From Octopus sinensis (taxonomy: Eukaryota): a DNA stretch of 64,000 bases. This document shows positions 11,836 through 26,220 of this stretch, piece after piece. Where the stretch lies: assembly GCF_006345805.1 (NCBI RefSeq), contig NC_042999.1, positions 154,876,001 to 154,940,000 of the forward strand. The letters run 5' to 3'. A program made the translations under genes and the position numbers. The number at the start of each line of letters is the position of its first letter. Positions within the stretch are counted from its first letter, which is position 1. Below the pieces are notes generated by a model that saw only the letters and a list, made by a program, of their open reading frames with translations, did not search any database and had not been told where the DNA came from.

Positions 11836-12621
11836 GTAAGTTTAAATGTTTTTGTTTTTTTTTTAATTACTAATGTGGGTGTCATAATTTTGTAGATTAC
11901 ACGCGAGCGCAAACGAATGCATGCATACAGGTATGCTGCCGTTACATTCTGAGTTCAAATTCCGCCGAGGTAGACTTTGCCTTTCATCCTTTCGGGGTCG
12001 ATAAATTAAGTTACCAGTTACGCACTGGGGTCTATGTAATCGACTTAATACCTATGTCTGTCCTTGTTTGTCCCCTCTGTGTTTAGCCCCCTTGTGGGTA
12101 ATAAAGAAATAGGTATGCTTGCGTACACAAAAAAACACACACACGCACACACATATAAACTGATATTCGAAGGGATTCTTTCAGTTTCCATCTACCAAAT
12201 CCACTCACAAGGCTTTGGTCAGCCTAAGACTATAGCAGTAAACACTTGCCAAAGGGGCCACGCAGTGGGACTGAACCCGGAACCATGTGATTGGGAAACA
12301 AGCTTGTTACCTACGCCTGTAAATTCACATTTATATTAATAATAATTAGTGCATTTGGTGTAGTGAGTAAATGCCTAACTGTCTTTCTGGATAAGCGAGG
12401 GCTTTTAGAGAAAGAAAACCAACCAATTCACACATTACAAATACAATCTGTAAGCGGAACAATAAAAATATGCAAGACTTTTCCCAAGTTTAGAATGTGA
12501 CATTGTTTTTGCTATCTACATTCTAATGATAGAGCTTTGTATCTTTGCTTGCTGCCAGTTCTTTCCTCAAAGGCACAATTTAAATAAACAAAACCAGGAA
12601 AATACAGGCGTATACACACAC

Positions 12622-12696
<75 letters not shown>

Positions 12697-12966
12697 TATA
12701 TATATAAATTTAGACTTAGATAAACTTAGATATGTTTCGACCAAAGATTAGTCCAGGCCATGTCTAACTTAATAGCACCACCTGATAGGATTATCTAAAT
12801 CCTGTTTAAGTCAAGTGTTGTTTATGGTCCATACATATATGTGTGTGTGTGTGTGTGTTCGTGTACAATGTTGAACTCTGTTATGAAAATATCCATGCAT
12901 ATACACATGCATACATTTCGTACATTAATACATAGAATCATTCATATATGCATATCTATCTGTCTG

Positions 12967-13026
<60 letters not shown>

Positions 13027-13464
13027 GCTAGCTAGCTAGCTAGCTAGCTAGCTAGCTAGCTATCTATCTATCTGCTTGTCTGCCTGTCTGTTTGTTTGCG
13101 TGTCTGTCTAGCTGGCTGGCTAATTGGATGGATGGATAGATGGATGGATGGATGGATGGATGGATGGATGGTTCTCAGTCTTTCTGTCTCTCCGTTTGTG
13201 TGTTTATGTATGTATGTACGTATGTATCTATATACTTATTTGTTAGTCTGTCTTTTTGCTATCAATCTATCTACCATACATGCATACATACATACATACA
13301 TACATACATACATAAATACATACATACATACATACATACATACATACATACATACATACATAAATACATACATACATACATACATACATACATACATACA
13401 TACATACATACATGCATGCATGCATGCATGCATGTATGCATACATACATACATACATACATACA

Positions 13465-13840
13465 TATGGACCTCGGAACTCTCTGCATTCAACAAAACAG
13501 TGGTCCACAATGAGTTTGAGGTGCCAGTACTCATACCAACATTTGGACTACTTGATTGGACGCTTGATGAGGCCTCAGCCATTTATGTAAGAAACCCGGA
13601 AGCTACTAACAAGCACACTTAATATCCACATCAACAGTGACGTAGACCGTCTCTACCTAAAACGGAAAGATGGGGGCAGGGGCCTGCTTTTGAATGTCGC
13701 ATTATATCCCTTCGACAACATCTTTTAATTACCAAGCGTCGAAGTGCATCCCTTGTCCAAGTTTGCACACATGAGGAAAATAGCATCATAAAACTTGCCA
13801 GGCAGCGCTTTGAGTAGCATTCCTTGTCTGATAACCTTAA
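13465..13840 (+). mobile_element. Dong/R4-like RT C-terminal fragment
   Basis: [29 protein letters not shown]...SDVDRLYLKRKDGGRGL. Begins at a (TACA)n array. Confidence 0.65.
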
Positions 13841-13889
13841 ATGAATATATATATATATATTCAGTTATTTATTAATGTACGTATGTATA

Positions 13890-14330
13890 CTAGATACCTG
13901 AGCCGTCAATAATGACGGTGCTATTGCTGAAATGTGTGTATATAATGAGAGTTTCTAATTAGAATATGTGGATGTAAATAAAACAGCCAAAAATAACAGG
14001 AAAATAAGAAAATTATATTTATCATTCCCCAATTATTATACAGGTTTGATTACTCTTAATATGTACAACGTTTTGTAGTCAATGATTCACTCGTAATTCT
14101 ACATTATTTTCTACAACAAACACTCCGTCTAATTTCACAAATGGTCTTCAGGAGTATATAATCAAAACTTCCAAAATATATGCATATTGACACATCCATA
14201 CATGGTTTTACAAACAGGTTAGGTGCGTTTCCAATTTTGTCGTGATTGCGCCCTACTTTTCTATCTTAAATGGTATAAAAACAGGATAAAGATCCTTTCA
14301 GAGTCATATAGACTCAAAGGACTGGTTTTC
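13890..14330 (-). mobile_element. Possible degraded Helitron 3' end
   Basis: On the minus strand, hairpin ccgtca-ttat-tgacgg lies about 10 nt before CTAG-T. The upstream extent is uncertain. Confidence 0.35.
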
Positions 14331-15485
14331 CGATTTCTTATTTCTTTATTGCTCACAAGGGGCTACACACAGAGAGGACAAACAAGGACAGACAAAGGGA
14401 TATAGTTGATTACATCGATCCCAGTGCGTAACTGGTACTTAATTTATCGACCCCGAAAAGGATGAAAGGCAAAGTCGACCTCGGCGGAATTTGATCTCAG
14501 CACGTAACGGCAGACGAAATACCCATTTCTTTACTACCCACAAGGGGCTAAACATAGAGGAGACAAGCAAGGACAGACAAAGGGATTAAGTCGATTATAT
14601 CGACCCCAGTGCGTAACTGGTACTTAATTTATCGACCCCGAAAGAATAAAAGGCGAAGTCGACCTCGCCGGAATTTGAACTCAGAGCGTAACGGCAGACG
14701 AAATACCGCTAATCATTTCGTCCGGCGTGCTAACGTTTCTGCCAGCTCGCCGCCTTTGGTTTTCCGATTTCTGTGGTGTATATATTCCCCGCTGGACGGG
14801 ACGTCAGTCCGTCGCAGGATTATTTTCGCCAGTTGCAACGCATCACCCGGTCTAGGGATCAAAACCACAATCTTACTTTCCAAGAGTCGGACACCCTAAC
14901 CACCAAGCCACACGGCTCCACTTTTCCATCTTGGGCCAAATCATTTAGATAAATCGTCTTCTCATCTTCATGAAGCCCATCCTAGTGTCTTTTTCCCTTT
15001 TGGATAGTAGTCGATAACTTCACGGGTTCATTTGTTGTCTGTGAGCCTTGAGGTATATCCGGCGTATTTTGTATTTTCGCTATTCTGCGATCACGTCGTT
15101 CACTCTGCTCCATTCTCCAATTACATCATTTAAGGCTCACGGTGACAGACGAAGGGGAGATGGAAGAGGCATTTAAAACCTACGCCCACGTTTTAATTAT
15201 ATATGTATGCGCCACACACACACACATAATTGAATAGTTTAATTGTCGACGCGTGACAATTAGACCATTCAGGTTTGTGTTCCAATAGTAACCGTGTTAA
15301 ACACCCACCGTCGCTTGTACACACAGATCTTCAGTACCTGACGTAATGCAAACAGAAATAATAAGAGAACAGAACACGATATCAACGTGGCACTCCTTTA
15401 TTCTAACTGTTACAAACGTTTTAGTATTCGACAAAACATGCGTCACACTAGAGATGCAACATATCTCTCCTTCTTCATTGGGAAG

Positions 15486-15862
15486 CACTCCGTCGGTTAC
15501 GACGATGAGGGTTCCGGTTGATCCGAATCAACGGAACAGCCTGCTCGTGAAATTAACGTGTAAGTGGCTGAGCACTCCACAGACACGTGTACCCTTAACG
15601 TAGTTCTCGGGGATATTCAGCGTGACACAGAGAGTGACAAGGCCGGCCCTTTGAAATAAAGGTACAATAGAAACAGGAAGTAAGAGTGAGAGAAAGTTGT
15701 GGTGAAAGAGTACAGCAGGGATCACCACCATCCCCTGCCGGAGGCTCGTGGAGCTTTTAGGTGTTTTCGCTCAATTAACACTCACAACGCCCGGTCTGGG
15801 AATCGAAACCGCGATCCTATGACTGCGAGTCCGCTGCCCTAACCACTGGGCCATTGCGCCTT
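15486..15862 (-). mobile_element. SINE family S1 copy
   Basis: Near-identical to 35-399. Confidence 0.85.
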
Positions 15863-16238
15863 CGATGCAACATATAGTGCCATTAAGGAGAGAACACATC
15901 GTCAGACGACCGAAAAGAAATGTATTGGGTTGATGCCTAATAATTATGCACCATCTCAATAAATACAGGGTGCGGTGAATAAACTGTCGTCAGTATTACG
16001 CACAAATGAAAGTAACACATTTTAACAGATCTTTTATTCTTTTATTTGTGTCAGTCATTCGACTGCGGCCGTGCTGGAGCACCGCCTTTAGTCGAACAAA
16101 TCGACCCCGGGACTTATTCAATGTAATCCTAGTACTTATTCTATCGGTATTTTTTGCCGACACGCCACCATCAGTTGTCAAGCGATAGTAGGGGACAAAC
16201 ACAGGTACACAAACACACAAATACATACATACATACAT

Positions 16239-16332
<94 letters not shown>

Positions 16333-16639
16333 CAGATTATATAAGATTAGCTTGATTTAATTTAATCAGGTTGATTTACCATTAAAAAATAGACGAAACG
16401 ATGCATTGTATAAAGTATTACAGGGTAAATGTTTTTTTTAATTTTCTCCTGGTTTACGGAATTATTATTGTTTTGCGGTTGAAGCCTTGGCTGCTATTTC
16501 TAGTGGGTTGAACGGCCTATTATGGCCGTTCCTTAATTTTGCTGTTGAATTTATTAATAGTCTCTGACTATTTACTTTTTTCCCACTAGGCCGCTGGTGG
16601 CAAATAATTTCTGCTGAATTTTTTGTCACCCTATATTGA

Positions 16640-16711
<72 letters not shown>

Positions 16712-17053
16712 GACGGGCTTCTTTCAGTTTCTGTCTACCAAATCCACTCACAAGGCTTTGGTCGGCCCGAGGCTATAGTAGAAGAGACACATGCCCAAGA
16801 TCCCACGCAGTGGGACTGAACCCGGAAACATGTGGATAGTAAGCAAGCTACTTACCACACAGCCACTTCTGCGCCTATTTACCAAGATTACATAAAAATA
16901 TCTTGAAATACTAACATATGGTACCCCATTGCACCTGCACAGGTAATGTCGATCTGATGGAGGGAGTGAGCTTATGTCTACACAAGCATTTGATCACTAT
17001 AAACAAATTTTCTGTGTGGTTGTTCGGTAAGAAATTGTCGAAATTGAGAGTCC

Positions 17054-17122
<69 letters not shown>

Positions 17123-17761
17123 TAGGTACTTAAGTTGAAGCACCAAGTCAGTCCGACATTATCCGCACAGCTCGAAGTAAGGTGAAAAAAATCAAAATAA
17201 GCAACAGGATATCAAGTAGTGTTGCAGTACGACCGTTTCAAGCGACTCCATTTAATTGAACAAAGCAATCACTACATCAATTTAAATGCAGTGCCATCCT
17301 CAGCTACACAAATAAATAAATAGAATTTTAAGAAGTAGGATACATTAATATAAATTCTCAAATATTTTAACAGATTAAGATGATGGAAGAAATTCATGTT
17401 GTCGCTATTGTAGCAAAGAATAGACTACACTTCCAAGAATCACCTGAAACGGTCGTACTGCATCACTACTTGACATCCTGTTGCTTATTTTCATTTATAT
17501 ATATATATAATTGTTAAACAGGACGTCAAACATTAAGGCAAGGCAAACATCTCAAGTCATATACAATATCATTACAGGAAGAAATTCAAAATCTTACATC
17601 TGTAAGATTTTGAATACCTTCCTATAATAACATTGTATATATCTTGAGATGTTTGCCTTGCCTTAATGTTTGACGTCCTGTTTAACAATTATAGATCCGC
17701 TGCATCGGAAATCTGCAATGGCTCCATAACAACCGTCTTGGCTATAACCTTGAAACCCCTT

Positions 17762-17993
17762 AGGGCGGTGAGCTGGCAGAAACATTAGCACGCCGGGCGA
17801 AATGCTAAGCGGTATTTCGTCTGCCGTTACGTTCTGAGTTCAAATTCCGCCGAGGTCGACTTTGACTTTCATCCTTTCGGGGTCGATAAATTAAATACCG
17901 GTTTCGTACTGGGGTCGATGTAATCGATTTAATCTCTTTGTCTGTCCTTGTTTGTCCTTTCTATGTTTAGCCCCTTGTGGGTAGTAAAGAAAT
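17762..17993 (+). mobile_element. tRNA-derived SINE family S3 (CORE-like body), monomer
   Basis: ggcg...gagctggcagaa...gagttcaaattcc...tttcatcctttcggggtcgataaa. Other copies or multimers at about 11935, 14338(-), 18786, 22846, 23570, 23999, 39788, 40452(-), 52015, 52791, 54740, 57213, 59898(-), 61322 and 63915. Confidence 0.85.
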
Positions 17994-18128
17994 ATATAAC
18001 CTTGGAACCCCAGTAATCCGTTACAGCACTTACCTAGCAAACCTAATCGTTTAGATCACCTGTGAACTAAACCCTCATACTTTGTATGTATGTATGTATG
18101 TATGTATGTATGTATGTATGTATGTATG

Positions 18129-18208
<80 letters not shown>

Positions 18209-19785
18209 CACAGAGAAAGAGAGACACACACACATACGAAGGGTGCCCAAAGGTAACAGAAACAGTTCTCTGTGAGACAAGGCTGTTGTAGTTCAGGCTT
18301 CCACTGCTAGAAGCCACTTGATGCGACCCTCAGGCATCAGTCTGCCGACAGGCGTCTTCTATTAGGGTTGTATGTATTGTAAGCACATTTTGCTCCAAAT
18401 GTGGAGAGCAACTTAAATAGGATGCAGAGGAATCTGGAGTAAATCTTGTTATAAATTCCATCGTTACAAATGTCAAACCACAAGACGCATGAAGATGCAA
18501 TGCGCATGTGCACACTGGATTCGTAAAACGGAAGAGAAGAATAAAAACACAATGGACATGTCAAAATAAAACGGAAAAGAAAAGTATATGGTGGTCCACT
18601 TGTCACGTCTGACGGCAATATCAAACAGCTTTGCTGCAATTTTCTCGTTTAAAACAGAAATACGGTACAGATGCAAATGGATGTTGTCTTTAAAGCTTAC
18701 CGATGAAAGAAAGAGACGAGTAGGGCGGTTGCCAAGGCATGTCCAGGTGTCTGTGGTTTGGTATTTCTTATAGGTATTTGGTATTTGGCGGCGAGCTGGC
18801 AGAAACGTTAGCACGCCGGGCGAAATGCGTAGCCGTATTTCGCCTGCCGTTACGTTCTGAGTTCAAATTCCGCCGAGATCGACTTTGACTTTCATCCTTT
18901 CGGGGTCAATAAATCAAGTACCTGTCACGCACTGGGGTCGATATAATCGACTTGATCCGTTTGTCTGTCCTTGTTTGTCCCCTCTGTGTTTATCCCCTTG
19001 TGGGTAGTAAAGAAATAGGTATTTCGTCTGCCGTTACGTTCTGAGTTCAAATTCCGCCGAGATCGACTTTGCTTTTCATCCTTTCGGGGTCAATAAATCA
19101 AGTACCTGTCACGCACTGGGGTCGATATAATCGACTTGATCCGTTTGTCTGTCCTTGTTTGTCCCCTCTGTGTTTACCCCCTTGTGGGTAGTAAAGAAAT
19201 AGGTATTTCTTAGAAGTCGGTTTATGATTGTAAGGTGGTGAGTTCGATTCACGGTGGTGCATTATGTTCTTCAGCAATGCGCGCACGTATGTGTGTTATT
19301 GTTAATTTTAGAGAAATTAAAGAGATCTGTGGGACAAGACGGCTAAGGAACACCGCCCGCTCCAATTGATCAATCTACATGCTAGAAATAGCAAGAAATT
19401 TTCCTCAAGCCACATCCTGAAGGTGACATGTGTGCATTATGTGATAAGCAAAGACGAGATAAACGCTTCGATCACAAATTTGATAAATCAAAAATGATAG
19501 AATTAGTTTTTGATATTCTACAGAATCTCCTGGCTGCTTCAAAAGATTCTATTGGGCTTAATTCCAGGAATTATTTAAATGCTAAAGGGACTTCTAAATT
19601 AGCCGGTGTTTCCTTCATTATTTCTAGAGTTTTCAATTCCTGGTGAAATGGTAAGGCTGCCATGATGAGATACAGCGTGTCTTAAACATTTTAAATATCG
19701 TGGAATATTGCAATATTCTCAAGAAAAATATTGCAAAAAGATTGGATATGCGTTGAATTTTTATGCATATGTGCGTGCGCGCGCA

Positions 19786-19823
<38 letters not shown>

Positions 19824-19889
19824 TGTGTGTGGTATATGTATATGAGACTGGAGTATTGTAAATTTAAAACAAAAAATTAAGAACTTAAA

Positions 19890-20318
19890 TAGGCGTAGGA
19901 GTGGCTGTGTGGTACGTAGCTTGCTTACCAGCCACATGGTTCCGGGTTCAGTCCCACTGCATGGCACCTTGGGCAAGTGTCTTCTACTATTGCCTCGGGC
20001 CGACCAAAGCCTTGTGAGTGGATTTGGTAGACGGAAAATGAAAGAATCCCGTCGTATATATGAATATATATGTATGTATGTGTGTGTATATGTTTGTGTG
20101 CCTGCGTTTGTCCCCCTCCCCAGCATCGCTTGACAACCGATGCTGGTGTGTTATATCCCTGTAACTTAGCGGTTCGGCAAAAGACACCGATAGAATAAGT
20201 ACTAGGCTTACAAAGAATAAGTCCTGGGGTCGATTTGCTCGACTAAAGGCGGTGCTCCAGCATGACCACAGTCGAATGACTGAAACAAGTAAAAGACTAA
20301 AAAGAGTAAAAGAGAGTA
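19890..20318 (+). mobile_element. SINE family S2 full copy
   Basis: Complete from head to tail. Confidence 0.85.
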
Positions 20319-20619
20319 ACTTATCAAATATCGAAACACCTTCGTGACTTTTGACCCACACTGGTTAAATTATAAAGGTAAAATTATAAAAATGTCTTCA
20401 CATAAATGTTTTCTCATAATAAATTGACCGTGTTTATATATTCAGAGTGTATATATATTCAGTGTTTTATGCACACAACACAAAAACGGAAGAGGGAGAA
20501 GGAGAAAAAGAATGGGGAGATAGATATTAGATGTTATTTATAGGTTTTTTTTCCGTATAGAAAGAAGTTTTCGCAGGAAAAACGTTTAAATGAATGTATG
20601 TCTTATGTATTTATTCTCA

Positions 20620-20915
20620 CACATATAGTTGCGTATCTAGACATGTTCATATATATTTAAATGATAAACTTCTGTAAAGCTTTCCAGAAGTTTGTCATTT
20701 AAATGTCTAGATACGCACCTATATGCATGAGAATAATACATAAAACATACAAATCTGCGCATACATAATACATACATAGTAACATACATACATTCGCACA
20801 TACAAGCACAAATACCCTGTTGTTGATGTTGAAATTCCATTGAGGGAAACTTGGATCTAGGAGAGAAACCAGTTCTTTCTCTATTGGTAAGAAATCTTGA
20901 AATAAACTGAATAAT
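20620..20915 (+). mobile_element. 3' UTR fragment of the same Dong/R4-like family
   Basis: Reverse-complement match to 26845-27080 (aaataccctgttgttgatgttgaaattcca...gaaataaactg), followed by (TACA)n. Confidence 0.65.
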
Positions 20916-20983
20916 GACATACATACATACATACATACATACATACATACATACATACATACATACATACATACATACATACA

Positions 20984-22845
20984 TGATGGCTGCCTCCTCG
21001 TTATCGAGTATGGCCATTGCACGAAGCTTAACTGTTATTGGTGCTGTGATCGAATGTGACTTTTTAGCCCAGCTAAAGATCTACAATGTCTTGTACAGAA
21101 TTGGCAGCTAAAACCTTTACCGGTAGTAGCCGGCTGTAGTTGTAACTGGGTTTCATGTATATTTCCATGTCGTTTAAGTCCTCCCGCCGAATCACACTCC
21201 CTTCCACATGCCTGACAGATATGATTAGTATGGTGTGTAACACCACCACCAGTGGCTAGGTTGTCACTCATCTGTCTCGCTTTATGACAACGAAGATGAC
21301 TCTTGAGTCCAGCTTTACTGAGGCAGGGTCTTGCACAGACACTGCATGTCAGCATCATAGGAAGACCCTTCCCATCTGGAAGTGTAACATCGATGCCCTT
21401 CCTGACATCCCTCCTTACTTTCTAATGTGCAACTCGAGATTTCTCAAACGTGGCTGTCCCCTCATGCACAATCCTCCACCTGCTACGATCAAAAGCTATG
21501 CCTTCCAATGTGTCAGGAGAGATGCAAGTATCTCTTAAGGAAGCCTTCAGCAAGTCCTTATACTTCTTTTTTGGTTTATGTGGGGGTCGTTCTCCTTTAG
21601 CTAACTCTCCATAAAAGAGTTGTTTTGGCATTTTTGAATCCTTCATCCTGACCAGATGACCACTCCATCTGAGCCTTTACTTTAATACAAGAGCTCCTAT
21701 ACTTTCGCACCAAGAGCCTTCCAATATTTCAAGATCACTGATGCGGTCCTCCCACTTAATGCCGTAGATCCGCCTGAGACACATCTGATGGAAACGTTCC
21801 AGTTGTTTAAAGTGGTATCGATATGTGACCCACGTCTCGCAGGCATAGAGAAGAGAAGGGAGCACACGTGCCTTGTACACCTTTATCTTTGTCTTTCTGC
21901 ATATGTCTTGCCGACACCAGAGGTGTTTTTCTAGCCTTCTGAAAGCAACACTTGCTTTCCTAATTCTATATGGAACTTCATCATCCACATTGCCATATCT
22001 ATTAATAGTGCTTCCCAGGTAGACAAACTGATCGACTACATCAAGTCGTTTACCATTCACATAGATATTTGGTACACTATACTGCTTACCAGGGGCAGGT
22101 TGATGCATGACAACAGATTTCTTGAGATTGACTGTCTATCCCAAGGCAGTGCAAGCATCAGAGAATGCATTCAAAATGTGTTGCATATCAATCTCTGTGT
22201 GCGCTACTAGATCACAATCATCTGCATACAAAAGGTCTCTTATGATAGATGTAAATACATTTGTTTTTGCAGCAAAGCGCCTGATATTAAATATGCTGCC
22301 AGAGGTTCGATAATGGATGTAAACACCGTAACTGCAGTTTCTGAATGCAATACAGAACATCATCACGAAATATATGGAAAATAGGGTCGGTGCCAGAATA
22401 TCCCCCTGTTTCACTCCATTTTGCATTGAAATGAACTCCGACATTTTCCCTCTAACATTAAGCCCACCATTCATGTCTTCGTGAGAACCTAACCAAAGCA
22501 AAGAACTTTTCAGGACACCCAAGTTTCTGGAGGACTTTCCACAATGCTTTTCTATTTACGGTATCAAAGGCTTTTGTCAGATCGACAAAAACCTGATACA
22601 AATCCAGACCCTGTTCCACACACTTCTCCTGAAGCTGTCTAGCTGAAAAGATCATATCAGCAGTGCCACGTCCCACACGAAAGCTAGATTGACTTTCTGG
22701 AAGAACACAATCTGCAACGTGTTTCAGCAGACGATCCAGAAGTACTCTGCATAAAACCTTTCCTACGACAGAAAGCAATGATATTCCCCTGTAGTTACCA
22801 CAATCATTCCTGTTGCCCTTTCCCTTATACAAGACCACCATTACT
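20984..22845 (-). mobile_element. 5'-truncated RTE-clade LINE relic with C-terminal C2H2 fingers
   Basis: NYRGISLLS, FVDLTKAFDTVNR, GVKQGDILAPTLF, LLYADD, FVYLGS, LLYACETW, PKQLFYGEL and three CxxC...H-type fingers. Frameshifted. Abuts a SINE at 22846. Confidence 0.9.
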
Positions 22846-24873
22846 GTATTTCGTCTGTCTTTACGTTCTGAGTTCAAATTCCAGCGAGGTCGACTTTGCT
22901 TTTCATCCTTTCGGGGTCGATAAATTGAGTACCAGTTACGTACTGGGGTCCATCCATTTATTGCCTTGGAAAGGATGAAACTATTGGGTGGGTGTAGAAC
23001 ACGTAGGTTTTCCAAGCAGTCAACGGTCTAAGATATAATTAGACACAGAATTATTTAACTCTTTGAATCAGAGGGTATGATGTAACGGGTGCCCTTTAGT
23101 TTAAATACGCTTTTAAATATCTATAAGACGCAAAAGCAGGTGACGACACGGTTTTGTGTTTACAGGTTGATAATCGAGAGTAACATCGTTATTTTCAGCC
23201 GTAACCTCAAAACCATGTCACCGACCGCCCTTGCACATTCTTGAGGCCGAACGAAATTGCCCCGCTGAAGTGTACTCGTGGAATCAAAAGGTTAAGTTAG
23301 ATCTGTCAAGAATCGTTGTTTTCACCGTGATATGATCTCAAACAAAACTGCTTATAGACAGTTTAGTTGTCAATCTTGACATAACATGTTACTGTCACTA
23401 CCTCCACCCGCTCTTTCACTTCGCACTAGTATTATCTTTTATATCCTGTTTGAATTTTCTTGTCATTGGTCTTTTTATCATTAGTTATAGTTGTTGTTGA
23501 CACCAATTCATGAAGTGACAAAGTTTGCAACACCTTCCGGAATTCTGCAGATAATATATAGGTTTTATAAGGCGGCGAGCTGGCAGAAACGTTAGCACGC
23601 CGGGCGAAATGCTTAGCAGTATTTCGTCTGCCGTTACGTTCTGAGTTCAAATTCCGCCGAGGTCCACTTTGCCTTTCATCCTTTCAGGATCGATTAAATA
23701 AGTACCAGTTACGCACTGGGATCGATATAATCGACGTAATCTGTTTCTCTGTCCTTGTTTGTCCCTTCTGTGTTTAGCCCCTTGTGGGTAGTAAAGAAAT
23801 AGATATTTCGTCTGCCGTTACGTTCTGAGTTCAAATTCCGGCGAGGTCGACTTTGCCTTTCAATCTTTCGAGGTCGATAAATTAAGTACCAGTTAGGTAT
23901 TGGAGTCGATCTAATCGAATGGCCCCCTCCCCACAAAAAATGTCGGGCCTTGTGCCTCGAGTAGAAAAGAATATCCCAGTAATATTTTTTAGCGATTTAG
24001 GCGGCGAGCTGGCAGAAACGTTAGCACGCCGGGCGAAATGTTTAGCGGTATTTCGTCTGGCGCTACATTCTGAGTGAAAATTCCGCCGAAGTCGATTTGC
24101 CTTTCATCCTTTCGGGGTCGATTAAATCAATACCAGTTACGCACTGGGGTCGATATAATCGACTTAATCCGTTTGTCTGTCCTTGTTTGTCCTCTCTGTG
24201 TTTAGCCCCTTGTGGGTGGTAAAGAAATAGGTATTTCGTCTGCCGACTCAGAACGTAGCGGCAGACGAAATACCTATTTCTTTACTACCCACAAGGGGCT
24301 AAACACAGAGAGGACAAACAAGGACAGACAAACGGATTAAGTCGATTATATCGACCCCAGTGCGTAACTGGTACTGATTTAATCATCCTTTCAGGGTCGA
24401 TAAATTAAGTACCATTTACGACTGGTCCCCTTCCCAGCGTGCTAACGTTTCCGCCAGCTCACCGCCTTAATGAGTCTGTGTAATCAAGAAAAAAAGAAAG
24501 AACAATACTCATATTTTAATGATCTTTAATTACTTTTTACTTGTTTCAGTCATTAGCATGCGGCCATGCTGGGGCACCGCCTTGAAGAATTTTACTAGAA
24601 CGAATCGCCCCCAGCACTTATTGCTTTGTAAAGCTTGGTACTATTCTGTCGGTGTCTTGTGCCGAGCCGCTAAGTTCTGGGGACGTAAACACACCAACCT
24701 TTGTTGTCAAGTGGTAGTGAGGGGAGGCAAACGCGCGCACGTGCACATATTATGCACATTCCAATTGGGGTGGAAATATCTATAAAATAAACAAAAATGG
24801 GTCGGGTGAAATGTAAACAGAGTACATTTATCTACTCTTTCGGAGACGATAAAAAATACCCACTCGATGCTGC

Positions 24874-24951
<78 letters not shown>

Positions 24952-25099
24952 ACCAGCTCTACCATCTTGATTGTTCTGCTGATTCAAGAGTTGGGAGATC
25001 CGAGTGGATGACTGCATTGGAGACCCCAAACTATTAGCGAAAGCATGGTACATGCTACTAAACCATACTCAATCGAGAGCGGGGGTCGTTGCATTTATT

Positions 25100-26220
25100 A
25101 AGGTATTATTTTAGGTGACTGAGTGTGGTGGCGTAATAGGATATTTAGGGCGGTGGTTATAAAAATGTATTGACACATGCATACACGGTATAACATCAAG
25201 AATCCATCGCTCGGCGCTGAAGAATATATTTTATCTGTAGATACTTGATAGTGGATGAACAAAGTACTAAGACTATGCGAGATAAGCTGATGACTTAAAC
25301 AGCGTATCTTTTATGTCAAAACTGTGTTATATCTTAGATCAAAATCTTAACCGTCGAGAGCTCCGTCCACTTAGTCATAGGCTGCGGTTGTTTGGGCGTT
25401 TACATTAATCATAAAATAAAGGATTTGACAAATCCCATATTTTCGTATATCTAGAACTACATTGTCTAGTTTATTCTTTTATATCTGATCAATGCATGAT
25501 TATGTCAAGTAATGATAAGGATTTACACAAGCAAATACGAAAATTTGCTTGTGTGAAGCGTTTTAAGTTTCATTAGAAAACATTCATTCGATGGTACGCA
25601 GGATCATAAAACTCCTTCGGAAATTAATTATAATGGTTGTGGGGATGGAATTTTTTGCTGACTAGTCAGTATTTTTGGAAGTTATCGCCAAATTTCAGTC
25701 TCGTGTGTTTATATATTTAGACGAGTAAGCATGCCATAAAAAGGTTAGCAAAAGTGAGGACTACCCTCGTTCCCATTGCAATCCCAGATATATGTCTATT
25801 GATGTCGTCGGTGAAGTTGAAAAAGCTATCTGATAGGATGAATTTTGATCTTTCAATAAATTTTTCCAGCCAGTATTGTATAGCTTCTATTCTGTATTCG
25901 TGAGAAATCGAAATGTAGGGATTTATTACATCGAATGAGAAAAAAAGAGAGTCCTTGCTGGTTTTGCTCGGGAGATGACTTTAAAAGTCCAAGTAATCTC
26001 TTATGAAGCTCGGTATAAGTTGAAGAATGGGTTTTAGAATACGTTGATGAAACTACTCACTTTGTGTATATCACAGGACGGACCAGCCACAATTGGTCCC
26101 ATTTTCAGATCTCTAGAATGTGGAATATCAATAATTAATGAGGTCAATCTGCTTCAGGCTTTATTTATGGCTCCGTTCTAGTGGACTTTTGGAAATCCGT
26201 AAAAGCTGGAAGTCTGTAAA
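25100..26220 (-). pseudogene. Degraded Penelope-like (PLE) reverse transcriptase relic
   Basis: Minus-strand motifs in order: FYGFPKVH, GPIVAGPS, SFIRD, SFDVIN and SGIAMGT. Contains frameshifts and stops; left boundary uncertain. Confidence 0.65.

Noticed and set aside
14609-14899. Recurrent MRNWYLIYRPRKDERQSRP ORFs
   Set aside because: Antisense translation of the S3 SINE; they recur because of repeat copy number, not because they are a protein family.
23081-23393. Possible solo LTR (tgtaac...gttac); a similar weak candidate lies at ~15244-15447
   Set aside because: The terminal CA or TSD is not convincing.
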